Assembly: GCA_965240325.2 (NCBI GenBank)
Contig: OZ251228.1
Span: 248,001-312,000 of the forward strand
Origin: Rebecca billardiae RCC1528
Lineage: Eukaryota; Protista; Haptophyta
DNA length: 64,000 nt
Reading direction: 5' to 3'
Every line of letters starts with the position of its first letter. Within the stretch, counting starts at the first letter, position 1. Made by a program: the position numbers and the translations under genes. Below the pieces are notes generated by a model. The model was not told where the DNA came from. It was given only the letters and a program-made list of their open reading frames with translations, and made no database searches. Below are positions 61,154 through 64,000 of this stretch, one piece after another.

Positions 61154-61649
61154 ATTTAACGACATCACAGGTAGGACGACGCGGGTCTCCTGATTCGTAG
61201 TCGGCGGCAGTGCCCGATCGGCGTCGACACGAAGTCGGCGTTGGTGGCAGAGCATAGCCTGCACCGCGATCGTAAAGCTTGAGCGCGGCCTTGAGCTGCT
61301 GGAGCGCGATCCACCTGCGCTGCGCGGCTCGCATGGCCCTGCTGTGCCCCGAGCGAGGGCGATGGTGCAGGTCCGGATGTCAGCTGGCAGTCTCAGCCGC
61401 TGGTAGCAGCTGGTCGAGCCTGCCCCAGACTGGTCCGAGCGCAGAATCGTCTAATAAACTCTATTCTGCCGTCGCCGCCGCGTGCCCCAGGCCCGGAGGC
61501 GGTGCTCCATCCCGGCCCCGCTCCCGTAGGGGGGCAGGGCTGCGGGTGGCGCACTGTCTGACTACCTGGACGGAAGGCGCGGACGCATTCTATATGTGTC
61601 TGTTGCACTCTGAGCCTGACGCTTGTCCGATGCTGCCACGTCGTTAAAT
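61154..61649 (+). mobile_element. Apparently full-length ~0.5 kb MITE-like element with 10-bp TIRs (ATTTAACGAC...GTCGTTAAAT) in TA-repeat context
   Basis: TIRs seen directly. Its left end, interior and right end each recur elsewhere in the window (3627, 16801, 21578, 34381, 39899). Confidence 0.8.
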
Positions 61650-62630
61650 GTATATATATAATAATAACGGTCAGCAGTTAAGTGTGTCACAGTATATATA
61701 TATATATATATAGTAGTGTTACGTACGTACACATGGTCAGACTGCTGGGCATATCAGTCTTCGGTGACACCGTTCCACAGGAGTCGCGGGTAAGTTTCCG
61801 TAGTACATCTACCCGTACGATACCGGCGGAGGCACGATCACTGGCACTATCTCGATTCTCGGCCACGGTCCGGTGAGCCCCAAACCCTGGGTCATGGGTG
61901 TGGGGCTGCCTGGCCTATTTCATCCGTCATGTGAGTCCGTCCGCCTGGCCCCTTCGGGGCCGTCCTTAGCCCCGCCTCACGCCTGGTCGCTTCCGGTGGA
62001 CCTATCGCCCACACGGTCACGCGCGGTAGCGGGAGCACCCACGCTTCTTCTTCAGTCTGTAACACATCACATCATATAACTGATAGTGATGAGGCTGACT
62101 GAGACTCGGCGTCACTAGGCCTAGCGAGTGAGTAGCGTGGGGCCCGTGCTGCTGGTGTCACATGCAGACGAGTAGTCACACGTTCACAGTCGATCTCAGC
62201 GATCAGCATGATCGTCATCACTCATCAGCGCATCGTATACGTATTCGTCCGATTCGTCCCGGCGAATGCGGTGCCCAGGATGAGCGGATTCACCGGCGGC
62301 GCGCGGACGACGACTGCGCAGGATGCCAGAGTCTACAGCAGTTTGGTACTAGCAGTCGTCTGTCGTGGAAGCAGAGCTAATAGCTATACCACTTATATTA
62401 CCAGGTCCAGGACCGTCCCGCGCCGCCTGCGACCCGCGGCCGTGTAGGGGCCGGTCGGGTCCGCGAGTCCGAGGCGAGTGCCACTGGCACCACTAGTAGT
62501 CCACGTCACACGCAGCTCGAGCAGTCGAGTGCCTCGGCGCCGCCGACGGCCGCCGCCGCGCACGCGGGCCGGCATGGTGCAGGCGAGAAGGCCTGAGCCG
62601 CCGGAGCCGTCGGCGCGCGCGCGCCGTGCG

Positions 62631-64000
62631 TCATGAGGGCGGCTGCGGCTGCATCTGCGCCCTGCCGTAGTACGCCTCCGGCGTCTTCATCGGGTCGTTG
62701 CGCGCCCCGCACGGGTCGGCGTACGTGCCGGCCGGCGGCGGCCCCGCGCTCTCGTGGTCGCCCGGGCGCCACGAGCCCGCCACGATGTCCGGCCTCACGG
62801 CCGCGCGCAGGTGCAGCGACAGCGCCGCGTAGATGGTGGCATACTCGTAGTCAGACTTGACCATCCACAGCCTGCGCTCGCGCGCGGCCTCGACGGAGGA
62901 GCGCACGAGGTCGTCGAGCGCGTGCAGGCTCGCGCCGATCGTCTCGAGCCTCGCGAGGGCCTCGAGGCTGCGCGCGCGGGGCAGGTCGACGCGTGCGCCG
63001 CGCTGGCTGCGTGAGCTGAGCTGCGCGCGCGCGCGCGCGCGCGGGCGCTCGGTGCGCGCCAGGCATCGGCGCGCGCGGCACGCACAGAGTGATGAACGTG
63101 CCAGTCCGGCCGACGCCGGCGGAGCAGTGCACGATGGGCCAGTCGTGCAAAGAGGAGCCCCGCGCGAGGTACGCCAGCGCGAGCACGTGCGCCGCGTTGC
63201 GCTCGAACGCCGCCGTCCCGATCATCGCCGAGTCGGCGAAGTCGATCCACCTGGCATACCACAGCAGCTGCACGAGCCGCTGCGCGCCTGTGCGCGCGTG
63301 CGTCAGCCGGACGGTGTAGCGGGAGAGGCCCGGGACGGGCGGGAGGTGCTCGGCGGCGATGGTCTCCGGGCGCACGGGCCACCTCGCCGCCTCCGCCGCC
63401 ATCTCGCGCGCCGCCGCGCCATCGAGCGCGGGCCAGTACCGCTCGCGCTTGTCGCCTGGCCCCGATCCCTCCTTGTCCTCCTGGTGCGTGAGGTTGATGA
63501 TCAGCGTCGCGCCGAGCTCCCACGCCATCGCCCAGAAGTGGGCGAAGGTGGAGCGCTTCGGGCACATCGTCGCGACGAAGCGGTGCCCCGAGGGCAGGTG
63601 GTCGATCGGCGACGCGTTGATGTAGTCGACTGCGCGCCGCGCGAACGGAGGGAGGGGTCCCCGGGTGTGAGGCCGTCACGCGCGGTGCGGCCGGGCGAGC
63701 GGCGCGCGCGCGCGAGCGCGCGGGTCTCGCGCGCGCGCACCCGTGCGCAGACTCAGCAGCGAGTCTGTGTAAGGCCCCATCCCGCCGCCGAAGCGGTTGA
63801 ACTCCGAGACGACCTGCCAGCGCGCGAGGCGCATGTGCGACGCGCGGCGGCGGAGTCCGACGAATTGGGCGCGAGCGCGCACGTGCGGTGCGTGCGAGCG
63901 CGAGCGGGAGGGCGTGCGATCGAGGCGCAACGCACCTGCGGCTTGATCGGCCCGCGCTTGGCGAGGGTGTAGTACTCTTTCGCCGCGCCAGCGCGCGCCC
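62631..64000 (-). CDS. Classical-type protein tyrosine phosphatase domain protein (5' end outside window; multi-exon)
   Basis: DYINAS, FVATMCP..STFAHFWAMAWE, RYWP, YARWIDF, IVHCSAGVGRTGTFI, RLWMVKSDYEY. Confidence 0.9.

Overview
Very GC-rich, gene-dense eukaryotic nuclear DNA. It has short spliceosomal introns rich in (GC)n, with both GT-AG and GC-AG junctions. This style fits a haptophyte alga, but that is an inference. About 20 protein genes are supportable: a membrane-fused TIR/HET-like protein, three intronless glycosyltransferases (O-fucosyltransferase-like, GT10 fucosyltransferase, GT92/GT2-like), an NSD/ASH1-type SET methyltransferase, phosphoglycerate mutase, a giant CUB/IPT/Cys-rich multipass receptor, a DUF2452 protein, NDUFB3, cyclin A, spermidine synthase with a hydrophobic tail, an F-box/LRR protein, a triple-bromodomain BET protein, two surface proteins, three SAM methyltransferases, and a tyrosine phosphatase with altered catalytic loops. 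The most striking structure is non-genic. Two unrelated foldback elements of 3-3.5 kb (8562-11614 and 13220-16769) have very long terminal inverted repeats and apparent 5-bp target-site duplications. They bracket one glycosyltransferase gene, and the second is an almost complete palindrome carrying captured coding fragments. A separate ~0.5 kb MITE-like family with TTAACGAC ends recurs in (TA)n tracts. No rRNA, tRNA or CRISPR array was found. All calls come from reading motifs by eye; no searches were run.
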